In this document: positions 9,641 to 19,311 of the stretch, in pieces
Layout of the letters: the number at the start of each line of letters is the position of its first letter
How positions within the stretch are numbered: position 1 is the stretch's first letter
DNA from: an uncultured Acidobacteriaceae bacterium
GTDB lineage: Bacteria > Acidobacteriota > Terriglobia > Terriglobales > Acidobacteriaceae
Length of the DNA stretch: 64,000 nucleotides
Assembly (NCBI GenBank): GCA_963815175.1
Contig: CAWFGM010000038.1
Location: 57,492-121,491 of the forward strand
Direction: 5' to 3'
Position numbers and translations under genes: made by a program
The notes under the pieces: model-generated
Told to the model about the DNA's origin: nothing
The model's input: only the letters and a program-made list of their open reading frames with translations
Databases searched by the model: none

Positions 9641-9718
9641 AGCGCTAAAGCGCGCAATAAGAATCGAGACTCTTTCACGGAGCGCTAAAGCGCTCCTTCC
9701 CCCGCATAAATGCGGGGG
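9641..9718. repeat. REP-like element: two agcgctaaagcgc mini-hairpins plus CCCCCGCA-TAAA-TGCGGGGG hairpin
   Basis: Read directly at 9641-9653, 9681-9693 and 9699-9718, between convergent genes. Confidence 0.6.
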
Positions 9719-9937
9719 CTCCCACCTCGAATTTGGGCAAGTCTGGAGTCGAAAAGCAACAACCTGCTCACGGCTTCAGCTGATTTTCATTCAAAGACGG
9801 TGCGTGCGGTGAACGGTCCTGAAAAATGGACCCGGTTATTCCGATGACTGCCGCAGTTGAGGAAGCGAATTCGTTGAGCGACACACCGTAAGAGCCTGGG
9901 GAGTAGAAGCTCGGCAGGGAGCTGGAGCCCTGCGTTT

Positions 9938-10867
9938 CTATGCGGGAGTACGAATATAGTCGCCGCTCATGATGTCTTTGTAATGATCGGAATCGCCCCA
10001 ATCCAAAATTCGTTTCATGCGTAAGATTGGGGACGGCAGCCACGCCTGCCCGAGGGCATCGAGAACCATTTTTTGAAGCTTGATTAGGGATTGGAATTCG
10101 TTTTCATCGTATTTCGCATAATCGTCAAGCTGTTGATTCAACGCTTCGAAGTTGAAGTCCGCTACAGCCCCGCCATGAAAGCCCGCCATTTTTGCGATCG
10201 CGCTCGCCACTATTTGGGGATCCTGGGCAACGAGAAGCGCTGCACGGTCCGCGGAGAAAGCCGCCATACGAGACCAGTGCGTCAATCCAGCGGTCATTCC
10301 GTAGACGGCCGCTGTCCCTACGACCGGAACCATACTCGAAATACCTGAAGCACCGACGGTTGCAACTATGGTGGCCAAGGCCTGATTCGTTCCATGCTTA
10401 CATTTAAGATGCCCAAGCTCATAAGCAAGCCATGCAAGCTGCTCACCTTCGGTGAGCATGGTAAGACATCCGCGGCTGAGCGTAATACTGGGTGATTCCA
10501 GGCCGGAGGAATAGGTATTAATAAAAGGATAGTTACTCAGGTAGAGTTCCGGGATCAGGCGAATATCAAGCACCCGAGCCGCGAGTAACATCTTGCTGTA
10601 CAAGCCCACGCCCTGGCTGGGCCCCAGCCTCATGTTATACAGAAGCTGTTCCATTCGTATTTTTTGATCAAAGTATTTTCCGTTGAGAAACTTGAATAAC
10701 TCTGAAAACAGCGGAATGTGCTCAAGGGCTTGGCTTGCTGCGCGGTCATCCGGGTGCTGAAATGCGGTTCCACTAATTCCCGGAAGGGGCTTCAGTTTGC
10801 GCTCAACGCCGTCGAGTTGTATAGAGATCACGCCTTCAGGGCTCAGAGGATCCATCTCCACACTCAT
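9938..10867 (-). CDS. M48-like peptidase homolog with degenerate active site (YELGH instead of HExxH)
   Basis: 309 aa from ATG 10867, which forms an ATGA overlap with the upstream RDD gene stop. The LAWLAYELGHLKCKHG and HWSRMAAFSADRAALL blocks match the M48 architecture but lack the first His and the distal Glu. Confidence 0.65.
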   Translation of the reverse strand: MSVEMDPLSPEGVISIQLDGVERKLKPLPGISGTAFQHPDDRAASQALEHIPLFSELFKFLNGKYFDQKIRMEQLLYNMRLGPSQGVGLYSKMLLAARVLDIRLIPELYLSNYPFINTYSSGLESPSITLSRGCLTMLTEGEQLAWLAYELGHLKCKHGTNQALATIVATVGASGISSMVPVVGTAAVYGMTAGLTHWSRMAAFSADRAALLVAQDPQIVASAIAKMAGFHGGAVADFNFEALNQQLDDYAKYDENEFQSLIKLQKMVLDALGQAWLPSPILRMKRILDWGDSDHYKDIMSGDYIRTPA

Positions 10868-11394
10868 CTGGCACGCACCACGGTTGTCCCGGCAATGCGG
10901 TCCCCTAGCCGGCGCCCTGTGGCCAATAATAGAACTAGTTCGAAGCCGGCGATCAACAATTCGAGTCCGCTCTCGGCGAGGAAACCTAAACCCGGGACAA
11001 CCAGGGCTATCGTTGGCAATACGAACAATATATTTCTCAAGATCCACTGAAACGGCGTCGCAGCTGCCCCGGTTTTGCTTACAACTTTGAGCCCCAATGC
11101 ACGCTTACCAATGCTGGCCCCGGCAAAATCACGAAAGAGCTGGTAGATAAACGAAAGGATGGCGGCGATCGGGCCGAGCAACGAAGTCAGAGCGGACAGG
11201 ATAATGAGAAGCGTCAGATCAATTGCGAATGCGCTGATGCGGCGCGGCCGATCGGACATCGTGAGGCCGCCTGTCGCACTAGAAACGCCGATAGTATTCA
11301 GAGGATCGATAACCACCTCGCGGCTGCCGCATGCCGGACAATATCGCTCGCTGTCTGCAATGCCTGAGGTGTGGCATTTCGTGCATATCTTCAT
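10864..11394 (-). CDS. RDD-family membrane protein with N-terminal zinc ribbon
   Basis: 176 aa. It starts with MKICTKCHTSG...YCPACGS (CxxC...CxxC), has TM helices, and carries the RDD-type blocks GKRALGLKVV and LGDRIAGTTVV. Confidence 0.75.
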   Translation of the reverse strand: MKICTKCHTSGIADSERYCPACGSREVVIDPLNTIGVSSATGGLTMSDRPRRISAFAIDLTLLIILSALTSLLGPIAAILSFIYQLFRDFAGASIGKRALGLKVVSKTGAAATPFQWILRNILFVLPTIALVVPGLGFLAESGLELLIAGFELVLLLATGRRLGDRIAGTTVVRAR

Positions 11395-11556
11395 CTCGGA
11401 CCTTTTAATGGAGAGGTAGTGGTACTTTTATCGGGTATTGCAGATCGACGTCTGCCTCTTGTATTGGGCTGGGGATTTCTGGATCGCGCCACGCGACTGC
11501 TGAGCCGGGCTTTGGGGCATCCGCGGGCCTGTGAAGCAAATGGCACAGTGTTAGTG

Positions 11557-12120
11557 TCAGACCGCGGCGAAAGCATCGAACGATGTCTCGTCGCTAGTGA
11601 ATAGGAATCCGGTGGTTTCTACCATTTGCCTCCACCATTGTCTTGGCCTGGTGATCATCCGCAGAGGGTCGGGGACAATCTGGCGCGACTCGGAGTAGTG
11701 ACATGAGAGCAGAAGCAACTTTCTTGTTGACCTGCGGATGCTTGTAAGGGCTGTCTGAACTTCAGCGGGGCTCGACAGGTATTGAAGCACCCCTAGCACA
11801 ATTACGGCATCGGCGGGACGTATTACTCCCAGCCGAAGGTCATGGCGATAGCATGGGAGGTGAGATGCGAAGGACAATGCGTACTGACTAATGTCAAACC
11901 CCTCCGCCTCGATTCCCCGGGATAAAAGCTCCTCAACCAAGAAGCCTTTAGCACACCCAACGTCGATTGCCGAATTGACGTGATTCTCGACACAGTACTG
12001 AGCCACTTGCTGCCAAGGTGGGGTTGGATCTGAGGCCCAAACAGCACGTGAATATCCGCGATAACCCATCGCATCCGGATCGTCGAAATAGTGGTAGTCA
12101 AACCCGCTGACGGCTTTCAT
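11557..12120 (-). CDS. class I SAM-dependent methyltransferase
   Basis: 187 aa. Motif I is AIDVGCAKGFLVEELL, followed by EGFDIS and VIVLGVLQYL blocks. Confidence 0.7.
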   Translation of the reverse strand: MKAVSGFDYHYFDDPDAMGYRGYSRAVWASDPTPPWQQVAQYCVENHVNSAIDVGCAKGFLVEELLSRGIEAEGFDISQYALSFASHLPCYRHDLRLGVIRPADAVIVLGVLQYLSSPAEVQTALTSIRRSTRKLLLLSCHYSESRQIVPDPLRMITRPRQWWRQMVETTGFLFTSDETSFDAFAAV

Positions 12121-12187
12121 TGTGGTGAGAATCTGCCTGACTCAGGTCTCGAGGGAGTGAATGGGGATTTGGAGCACAAGGATAAAG

Positions 12188-12580
12188 TTAACGAGCGCCG
12201 TGGGCACCGGTGTGACCCTGATTTGTTCGAGTGCATACGCAGGTCCGTTTGACGATGTTCTCTCCTTCGGAGAGCTTCCAATTTGTGATGGTATATTCCT
12301 GTTGGTCCAGCTCTCCCACGAGCATAGGCCGCACAGTTTGTGTGCGAGTTTCCGTGTTAGTGGATTCCACCATAACCTCGTCGTCGCGGATTTCGAAATG
12401 GCTGTGAATCAGGGTCAGGCCGAATCGGTCGAGAGCATCGTATTTCTTCAAGACGGCGCGGATCTCCCGGAAACATGCCTCATCATTCTCGGAAAACTCC
12501 GCTACTTCATCGATATCCGGAACGCGTTCCCATTGCATCGGCTGAATAGAAAGGGTGTCCATAACTGGCTCCTGTGCCAA
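12188..12580 (-). CDS. hypothetical protein
   Basis: 130-aa acidic ORF (…FGLTLIHSHFEIRDDEVMVE…). No family recognised. The start is ambiguous between 12580 and 12562. Confidence 0.45.
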   Translation of the reverse strand: MAQEPVMDTLSIQPMQWERVPDIDEVAEFSENDEACFREIRAVLKKYDALDRFGLTLIHSHFEIRDDEVMVESTNTETRTQTVRPMLVGELDQQEYTITNWKLSEGENIVKRTCVCTRTNQGHTGAHGAR

Positions 12581-13494
12581 AGAATTGAAAGTATGCCCGA
12601 TCGAGAGACCATTCGGGACAAGTCACATTTGAAGTGGGGTTCATAATAAGAGGGCCTTAAGAGAGCGTCAAGCGGAAATTAACACCAGCAAACCCCGTGG
12701 AGGGGGCGTTGCCCGGTGGATGGATGCGGGTATGTACCGGCTATCTGTACCGGATGGGGTTTAGAAGCGTGTTTCGTCATTCGGATACGACGATATTGGA
12801 CGAAGGGTTTGTGAACGTTACGGCGGAAGGACGACCGGCGATCATGTGTCACGCCGGAGCCCAGCAGGTGTACTCGCTGCGGTGGAAGTGAATGACGGAT
12901 GGAGTCGGCAGGCTGTCCTCTTTACTTTGGTTGGGAACGTTTCGTCTGTGGTGGGTTTCTGCCTCATCGACGCCTTCTCCGACGGCCTAGCGACCATGGG
13001 TCCAAAGACAATAAGCTGTTTAATATCAGCAGCATCGATTGCAATCAAGACTTTAGGGGCCATTCATCGAACATGAGCGGTAAGGATTTTGAAGTGCCGA
13101 GCGCGCGCAAGCGGGACTAGAATCCAAGTGGAATGCAAAGAGTCCAAGAGAAGGCCGAAAAGCAGAAGGCGGCGAATCAAGCGACTGCGGAGCTTTCGAT
13201 CCTGGTTTCATTGACATCAAGCATGTTCCTGGCTCAAATACCGCTATTGGTCAAAGTGATGCGGCGGGTGTAAAGGAACCGGTTCAACTTCGGACCCCTG
13301 ATGAGGTAGCGATGTCTGTAGAGGGCCCGGATTGCAACATGCCTTGAAATTTGGCGAACGTCTTCGGACGGGTGAGTCGCGCGCTCTCTCGCCCGAAGAG
13401 AGTGAAGCCATGTGGGAAGAGACGGAGAGGCAAATGGCGGAACTCGAAGGGCTCGTCGCCCACAAATTCGGCGGCCCAAAGCTTTAGGAGCTTG

Positions 13495-13869
13495 ATGCAA
13501 GATTGGACTGTGATTCACAGTTCTGAATTCAAACAAAACCTGGCGTACTGTTTTGCTGATTTTCGAGCCCGATTGGCAGCTTACGATGCTGCGCCTAAAG
13601 GTAAAAGCGCCAAACAGCTGCAAAAATCTATCGCCGGTTTCAATCATTTCATCAGAAAACTTAGAAAACTCAATGATAAGGATGAAGGGGCCGTTCTCCC
13701 AGAGAAGGAACTTGCTTATATACGGGATGATTCTGAGGGGACTCCGATTTATTCGCTCATTGGCGACGAGTTAAAGAAGCTCAATTGGTTCTTAATTGCC
13801 GGTACGGCGGTGTCTGCTTTCGTCTGCGCCTTCGGTGATCTGATCGCCAGACATTACGGAGCTCAGTGA
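13495..13869 (+). CDS. hypothetical protein with C-terminal TM helix
   Basis: ATG 13495 is preceded by AGGAG at 13486-13490. 124 aa, lower GC, with C-terminal WFLIAGTAVSAFVCAFGDLI. The upstream part of ORF 13351.. is Arg/Lys-rich and looks like junk. Confidence 0.5.
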   Translation: MQDWTVIHSSEFKQNLAYCFADFRARLAAYDAAPKGKSAKQLQKSIAGFNHFIRKLRKLNDKDEGAVLPEKELAYIRDDSEGTPIYSLIGDELKKLNWFLIAGTAVSAFVCAFGDLIARHYGAQ

Positions 13870-14004
13870 CGATATCCAGCCTTCGGGTCTTGCATGAACT
13901 GCTTCTTCAGAGCAGGTTTGGCAGGTTAGTTTACGAAGGCGATCAGGGCCAGTCTTATCGAAAAGGCGTCTACACGGGGGTTATTTCTTCTGCCGCGGAA
14001 CTTC

Positions 14005-15153
14005 TTGCATAAGCGCGCCTTGATTTCTGTCTGCGCCGCAGGGTTTGCTTCCTCTGCCAACTACACCAACCACGCCCCGATGGTTTCCGCACTGCGCGGC
14101 GAGTTTGGCTTCAGCCAGGCGAGCGCGGGCCTGCTGACCACGGGCATTTTTCTTACCCATGGGCTGATGCAAATTCCGGGGGGACGCCTGTCAGACCGTA
14201 TGGGCCCGGTACGGGTGATGATCGCGTCGCTTGCCTGGATTGCCTTGGCCAACTTCGCCATCGCGTTTTCCGGAGCGTATTGGCAGCTGTTGCTTTGCAA
14301 GACCCTGGCCGGCTTGGGCACGGGCGCCTGTTTCGCTGCAGGCGCGCGCTACGTGGTGGGCGTCTTCCAGGGCCGTGCACTGCACCTGGCCCAGGGATTG
14401 TACGGGGCATCGATCGGCTTGGGCGCCGGTTTCGTGCTGTTTGCCGTGCCGCAGTTACTGGACATTTTTGGGTGGCGCGGCGCATTTCTCGCCTGCGCGC
14501 TCCTGGCAGCCGCCGTGTGGGCCTGGTGGATGTGGGCCGCTCCGGTGCCGCAAGCTACGCCGCCCGCCGCAGGCCTGGGCGAGATGATCCGCCATCGGGA
14601 GTTGTGGCTGCTGGGATGGATGCAGATGGCCTCGTTCGGATTGGTGATCGTAGTGGGCACGTGGATCACGACTCTGCTCAAGGCGGACTTTCAGATGCCG
14701 CTCAAGACGGCCGGGCTGCTGGGCTCCATGGTGCTGTTGCTCGGCATCCTTTCGAGACCGCTGGGCGGATGGCTGGCGCGCTCAGTACCCATGCGCAGGC
14801 TGATCGGTTTGTCACTGTTATTGAACGCAATCGCCTGCGTGGCGCTAGGCTGGGGCCATGGGATCGCCCTGACGCTGCTCGCGATTGTCGCGCTGGGCAT
14901 GGGCTGCGGACTACCCTATGCGGGCATCTTTAATCGCGCGGCGGCGCTGTTTCCCGGCCGCGCGGGGGCAGCCATGGGGTTCGTGAACACGCTGGGCATC
15001 CTCACGATCCTTGCCGGCGCGCCCACCGTGGGATTTCTGGCCGACCTGTCAGGTCACTTCAGAAACAGCTTCTATCTTGCCGGCGCGTTCGTGCTGCTGG
15101 CGGCTGCTGCCTCGCAGGCTATCCCGGAGGAACAAGGAAGCTCCGGGGGTTAA
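14005..15153 (+). CDS. MFS transporter
   Basis: 382 aa with about 12 predicted TM segments. The MFS loop 2-3 motif is GGRLSDRMGPVRV. TTG start as given by the ORF track. Confidence 0.85.
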   Translation: MHKRALISVCAAGFASSANYTNHAPMVSALRGEFGFSQASAGLLTTGIFLTHGLMQIPGGRLSDRMGPVRVMIASLAWIALANFAIAFSGAYWQLLLCKTLAGLGTGACFAAGARYVVGVFQGRALHLAQGLYGASIGLGAGFVLFAVPQLLDIFGWRGAFLACALLAAAVWAWWMWAAPVPQATPPAAGLGEMIRHRELWLLGWMQMASFGLVIVVGTWITTLLKADFQMPLKTAGLLGSMVLLLGILSRPLGGWLARSVPMRRLIGLSLLLNAIACVALGWGHGIALTLLAIVALGMGCGLPYAGIFNRAAALFPGRAGAAMGFVNTLGILTILAGAPTVGFLADLSGHFRNSFYLAGAFVLLAAAASQAIPEEQGSSGG

Positions 15154-15299
15154 GGGACTCGCCGTCGAAGGTTCGCCACGGGGAAGCAAAGGAAACATCC
15201 TGTGGGCTGTCGTGGGTTTCGCGTCTTTTCGTCAGTAGTTGTAACGGTTACGTTTCGTTTGACCCCAGGTTTTCCGAAGATAATAGGCATCATGTCGTC

Positions 15300-15329
15300 G
15301 CATTAGACGCCGACGCATTAGACGCCGAC
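15300..15329. repeat. perfect tandem duplication of 15-nt unit gcattagacgccgac
   Basis: Read directly. It is embedded in a motif (GGYATCATGTCG..GCATWA.ACG) that recurs at 5209-5236 and 15646-15669. Confidence 0.85.
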
Positions 15330-15850
15330 GCTGCTGTAAAGCCCTCGGCAGCCAACCGCAACTGTCCCTCAATTGCACTGTCTCAATCAAGGGTCCACTC
15401 CACTCTGGAGTGTCCTAGTTTCTCTTTGGTTTTTCCTCTTTCAACTACAAGACCCAGCGTTCAAGCCCAGAAGGCATTACAACTCCGTTGAGCTTTTGGT
15501 AGGTGAGTAGCGCTTGGGACTCAGTCATTCCCGATATGAAATCAACCACTATCCAGCGAGTTTATTTAGCGTGGTTTCCGCCAGATGTCCGAACGGCGGA
15601 TGTCCAAGATCGTGAGCCCCGCCGGAGTCAAAACTGAAGGTGATCGGTATCATGTCGACGCATAACGCGTGGGTCTCAGGGTTCTTTGCCGCCCGCGCAG
15701 GGCTGCCCCCGGCGCCAGATGCCCCGTTCGTCCGCCGGGTGCAACGGGAGCAATTGGCCGCGAGCTTGCCGTGGGTTTGCCGCACCCTAGGCCTTAGCGG
15801 TGCTTTGCCCTAGTAGGTAGAGGCGAGATCAGGAGACATTGATGAGACGG

Positions 15851-15900
15851 GCCGGGGGTGGCCCGGCGGGTTTGGCCACATTGATAGTTTAGACGCGGGT
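15851..15900. repeat. 50-nt paralogous copy of the 5' end/upstream region of gene 1189..1959
   Basis: 15851-15900 matches 1931-1980 with 6 mismatches in 50, including a shared ...ttggccacaYtgatagtttagacgcgggt. On the minus strand it encodes only VAKPAGPPPARLINVS then a stop. Confidence 0.8.
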
Positions 15901-16237
15901 TTTGTCGACTCGGACCCGGTTCCCCGTGCTTCCGGCGGTAGCCTTATTCCAGACAGTTTAATAAGCGTGTACCCTTTGACCACAGCTTTGTGCTCCGCGC
16001 TCCACGCTCCGTATTTGCGGCGCGCGTGAGGCCCCTTAGATGAGAGTCGGCCTACTATATTTTAGGAAATTGGCCCTTTTTGGCGGAGAAATCCGCTTAA
16101 TAAGTGAAAGACAATTTCGTAGCTCGAGTAATGCTGTTGGCCTTTGAATTCGGACAGGTCGAGCTGCATAGCAGTAGCAAGAATAGTAAGCAAGGCCCGG
16201 ACCCTTTCGCAGCCTGCGTTATGAGGGATTCGAACGT

Positions 16238-19045
16238 ATGGGTACGCACCCGGAGTTGGTTGAGCATGTGTTCGAGACCGCTCTGTTGCTGGAGCCCGAA
16301 AAGCGAGCAGCTTACCTGGGTGAGGTGTGCGCCGATAACTTAGAGCTAAGGCGCACGGTTCAAGATCTGCTCGATCAGGACGCAAAGGCTGGAAGCTTTC
16401 TTGAGCATCCACCTTTCGATTTCTCTCATTCTGCGCTCGTGTGTTCTCCCGGTGCGGTCGATACCGCCGATTCAATCGGCAAGGCTGTGATTTCTGCGCC
16501 GTCCCCAGCCCCGGGGCGCCTTAAGGATGGATCCATCCTGATCGATCGTTTCGTCATTGTCCGCTTCATCGCAAAAGGAGGGATGGGAGAGGTTTATGAG
16601 GCGGAGGACGGCTTCTTACAAGGCGTGCACGTCGCCCTGAAGACAATTCTTCCTCACATCGCCGATGATCCGGCCCTCAGGCAACGCTTTGAACGGGAAG
16701 TATTGTTGGCGAGAGAAGTGAGCCACCCCAATCTTTGTCCGATCTATGACATCTTTCATTGCCAGGAGCCGGCGTCCGATTTTTTGTTCCTGACCATGAA
16801 ACTTCTCCCCGGCGAAACCCTGGCCGCGCGATTGCGGTCAACTACGCCCATCGCGATTGCCGAAGGAATGGCAATCCTCAAACAAATGGCCGCCGGGCTC
16901 GCGGCCATCCATTCTGCCGGCATCGTTCACCGCGACATCAAGCCAAACAACATCATGCTCGATGGCGCCGGGTCGAATGTGCGGCTCTACATCACCGATT
17001 TTGGATTAGCTCGCGCCCATGAGGCCGAGCCATCCCTTTCAAGCAAGGGGTTGATCGCCGGAACACCGGACTATATGGCTCCGGAACTGTACCTGGGGCA
17101 GGCGCCCTCGCAAGCCACTGATCTTTTCGCCTTTGGTGTTGTTCTGCACCAGGTCTTTACTGGGCAGAAGCCGGTTGTGTCCCCGGACGGCGCCTCTGTC
17201 ACCATCCATTCCGCGGTTGAACGCGTCAGGTCTGCCGCCATTTTGCATCCAGCTTATCGTCGAATGCCTCAATCGAGATCCGAAGCGAAGGTGCCAGGCT
17301 TTCGAGTCCGCTTTGGACTCACTTCATGTCAGCCACCGCCCCGCTTTCCGATGGACACGCCGTCGTTTGCCGGCGCGGCCGTGGGCGCTTTCTGTTGCAT
17401 AGCCGGCGGCGCCTGGTGGCAGTGGGATAAGGTGGAAGACCTGCTGCGTCCGCTGCCCAGGAAGCGTTTTGTCGCTCTATTAAATTGGCCGCAAACCTCC
17501 GACAACCAATTGATACCGATGCTGACCAGCGTCTTAACCGCTATCAAAAGTGAGCTCACGCGCTTTGAGACGCTGGACAGGGATCTATTTGTGATCTCGC
17601 CCGAGGACGCGAACTTGAGCGTAACGGGCATTACCCATCTGAAAGAGGTCTGCGATCCTCTGGGAGCAAACCTGGTGCTAGCCGCTTCTGCTGTACCCGG
17701 GACGAAGGACTTGCAGCTTTTTCTGCGGGTGCTGGATCCAATCACAAGTCAGCCACTCCGGGAGAAGAAACTTGCCTGCGCTCCAGCAGAGATCATGTCG
17801 CTCCCGGGTAAAGCTGTTCACGCCGCGGCTACGTTACTCGACTTAACCTCCTATGTGAGGAACGATTCGGGAGCAGAGCCGGCAACGCATTCTGCTGCAG
17901 CCTTTACTGCCTTCCAGTTGGCTGAAGCCGCTTTCAAGCGGCCAGACCGGGCGGCGCTCGATGCAGCCATAGACGGCTATAAGCAAGCGATAGAGCTGGA
18001 TCCCCGCTACGCACTTGCTTATGCGAAGCTGGCACAGGCCTACGCAAATTTCTCCGCGAACGAGCGAAGCGCTGCTGCGCTCACGCTTGCTCGCGGTAAT
18101 TGTGACGTCGCGCTAAGGCTTGACCCCAACCTGGTGGACGCACATCTCGCGTTGGCACTGATCTTGCAGTTGTCCGGAGAGGAGCAAGAAGCTCTGGATG
18201 AGCTTTCCAGGACCTTATTGCTCGACCCATCCAACCCCAAGCCGCTGGTGTGGCAGGCGCAGATTTACTGGCGGCTCAATCGATGGGAAGAGCACCAGAA
18301 AATCCTGGATAGAGTTCTGAAGGAGCACCCCAATGACTGGCCGGCATACAATCAGCTCGGCGCCGGCTTACACGAACAGGGAAAGTTTCAGCAAGCCATC
18401 GAGGCTTTCCGGGAGGCAACTCTTGTTGCGCCCAAAAGCCCCATGGCTTGGAGCAACCTGGGCTCGGAATATATGCAGGTTGGCCAGTTCGCCGAAGCCA
18501 CGGAAAGTTTGAGACGAGGCCTGGCCCTGGATCCAACCTCGGACGACGCAGCGGCGAATCTTGCCCAGGCGCTTCGCTCTCAGGGCAAGTACGAGGCGGC
18601 GCTCCCATTCGCACGCAAAGCCGTCGAACTCAATCCAGCGCTCGATACCAACTGGTTAGAACTCGGTGATTGCTATTCTGCGTTGCGCAATCACCAGGCC
18701 GATGCAAAGGATGCGTACCTGCGAGCCGCTAAAGAGGCGGAGCGCCACCTGGTGACGGATCCGAGTGATGGGCAGAGCTGGATGTTGCTTGCGCTTTACC
18801 AGGTGAAATCGGGCAGTCCGCGGAACGCGCTTTCCCTGATCCAGAAGGCTGAATCTCTAGGGGCCCATGACATGGATTCACAGCTCAGCAAGACAAGGAT
18901 ATTAGAGCTACTCGGAAAACGTGAGCAGGCGTTGACTACGCTGGCCGCGTGTTTCCGGAAAGGCGCCACCGATCTTCAGCTCTTACCATTCCCTGAACTG
19001 CAATCACTCCGTAAGGATCCTGATTATGAACGTATGCGGCGCTGA
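16238..19045 (+). CDS. Ser/Thr protein kinase with TM segment and C-terminal TPR repeats (internal out-of-frame stretch ~17195-17370)
   Basis: 935 aa. Kinase motifs: GKGGMGEVYEA, VALK, HRDIKPNNIML, DFGLA, GTPDYMAPE. A TPR region begins about aa 560. Kinase subdomain XI (LIVECLNRDPKRRCQAFESALDSL) is only readable in the +1 frame (ORF 17133..17402). Confidence 0.85.
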   Translation: MGTHPELVEHVFETALLLEPEKRAAYLGEVCADNLELRRTVQDLLDQDAKAGSFLEHPPFDFSHSALVCSPGAVDTADSIGKAVISAPSPAPGRLKDGSILIDRFVIVRFIAKGGMGEVYEAEDGFLQGVHVALKTILPHIADDPALRQRFEREVLLAREVSHPNLCPIYDIFHCQEPASDFLFLTMKLLPGETLAARLRSTTPIAIAEGMAILKQMAAGLAAIHSAGIVHRDIKPNNIMLDGAGSNVRLYITDFGLARAHEAEPSLSSKGLIAGTPDYMAPELYLGQAPSQATDLFAFGVVLHQVFTGQKPVVSPDGASVTIHSAVERVRSAAILHPAYRRMPQSRSEAKVPGFRVRFGLTSCQPPPRFPMDTPSFAGAAVGAFCCIAGGAWWQWDKVEDLLRPLPRKRFVALLNWPQTSDNQLIPMLTSVLTAIKSELTRFETLDRDLFVISPEDANLSVTGITHLKEVCDPLGANLVLAASAVPGTKDLQLFLRVLDPITSQPLREKKLACAPAEIMSLPGKAVHAAATLLDLTSYVRNDSGAEPATHSAAAFTAFQLAEAAFKRPDRAALDAAIDGYKQAIELDPRYALAYAKLAQAYANFSANERSAAALTLARGNCDVALRLDPNLVDAHLALALILQLSGEEQEALDELSRTLLLDPSNPKPLVWQAQIYWRLNRWEEHQKILDRVLKEHPNDWPAYNQLGAGLHEQGKFQQAIEAFREATLVAPKSPMAWSNLGSEYMQVGQFAEATESLRRGLALDPTSDDAAANLAQALRSQGKYEAALPFARKAVELNPALDTNWLELGDCYSALRNHQADAKDAYLRAAKEAERHLVTDPSDGQSWMLLALYQVKSGSPRNALSLIQKAESLGAHDMDSQLSKTRILELLGKREQALTTLAACFRKGATDLQLLPFPELQSLRKDPDYERMRR

Positions 19046-19311
19046 GACCTGCCCCTACCGTAAGCAGCTGCTGCTTCGTGCCGGCCGTGTTTCCTTCGGT
19101 TGCCTGTTGCGAGAGAGTGGAAGGTTGGGTCATATACCGGCAGGTGCGCGAGCCCGGGCGCCTGCGTGGGAACCTAAGGCACATGGGCCTTAAATAATTG
19201 TGGTATAAGGTTGTGCAATCGTTCAAGGGATACCTGGCTCGGTCTGCCGCGTGTCTCTTGGCACTAAGTTGATTACTTCAGGTAACTCTTCCCAGATAGC
19301 GAGGAATCACC

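Noticed and set aside
14231-14933. Long alternative-frame and antisense ORFs inside GC-rich genes (for example 14231..14587, 14280..14933, 22596..23177, 27601..28332, 53895..54599, 61611..62390)
   Set aside because: These are Arg/Pro/Gly-rich shadow ORFs, typical of high-GC DNA. Each is fully contained in a gene with clear family motifs.
15549-15785. 78-aa ORF with HDLGHPPFGH as a functional HD-domain/dGTPase gene
   Set aside because: Only about 17 residues resemble the family and the rest is junk. I treat it as a remnant at most.
16219-16236. GGGATTCGAAC, which resembles the reverse complement of a tRNA T-arm
   Set aside because: The flanks cannot form a T-stem or acceptor stem. The motif overlaps the kinase start region. 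I found no cloverleaf.
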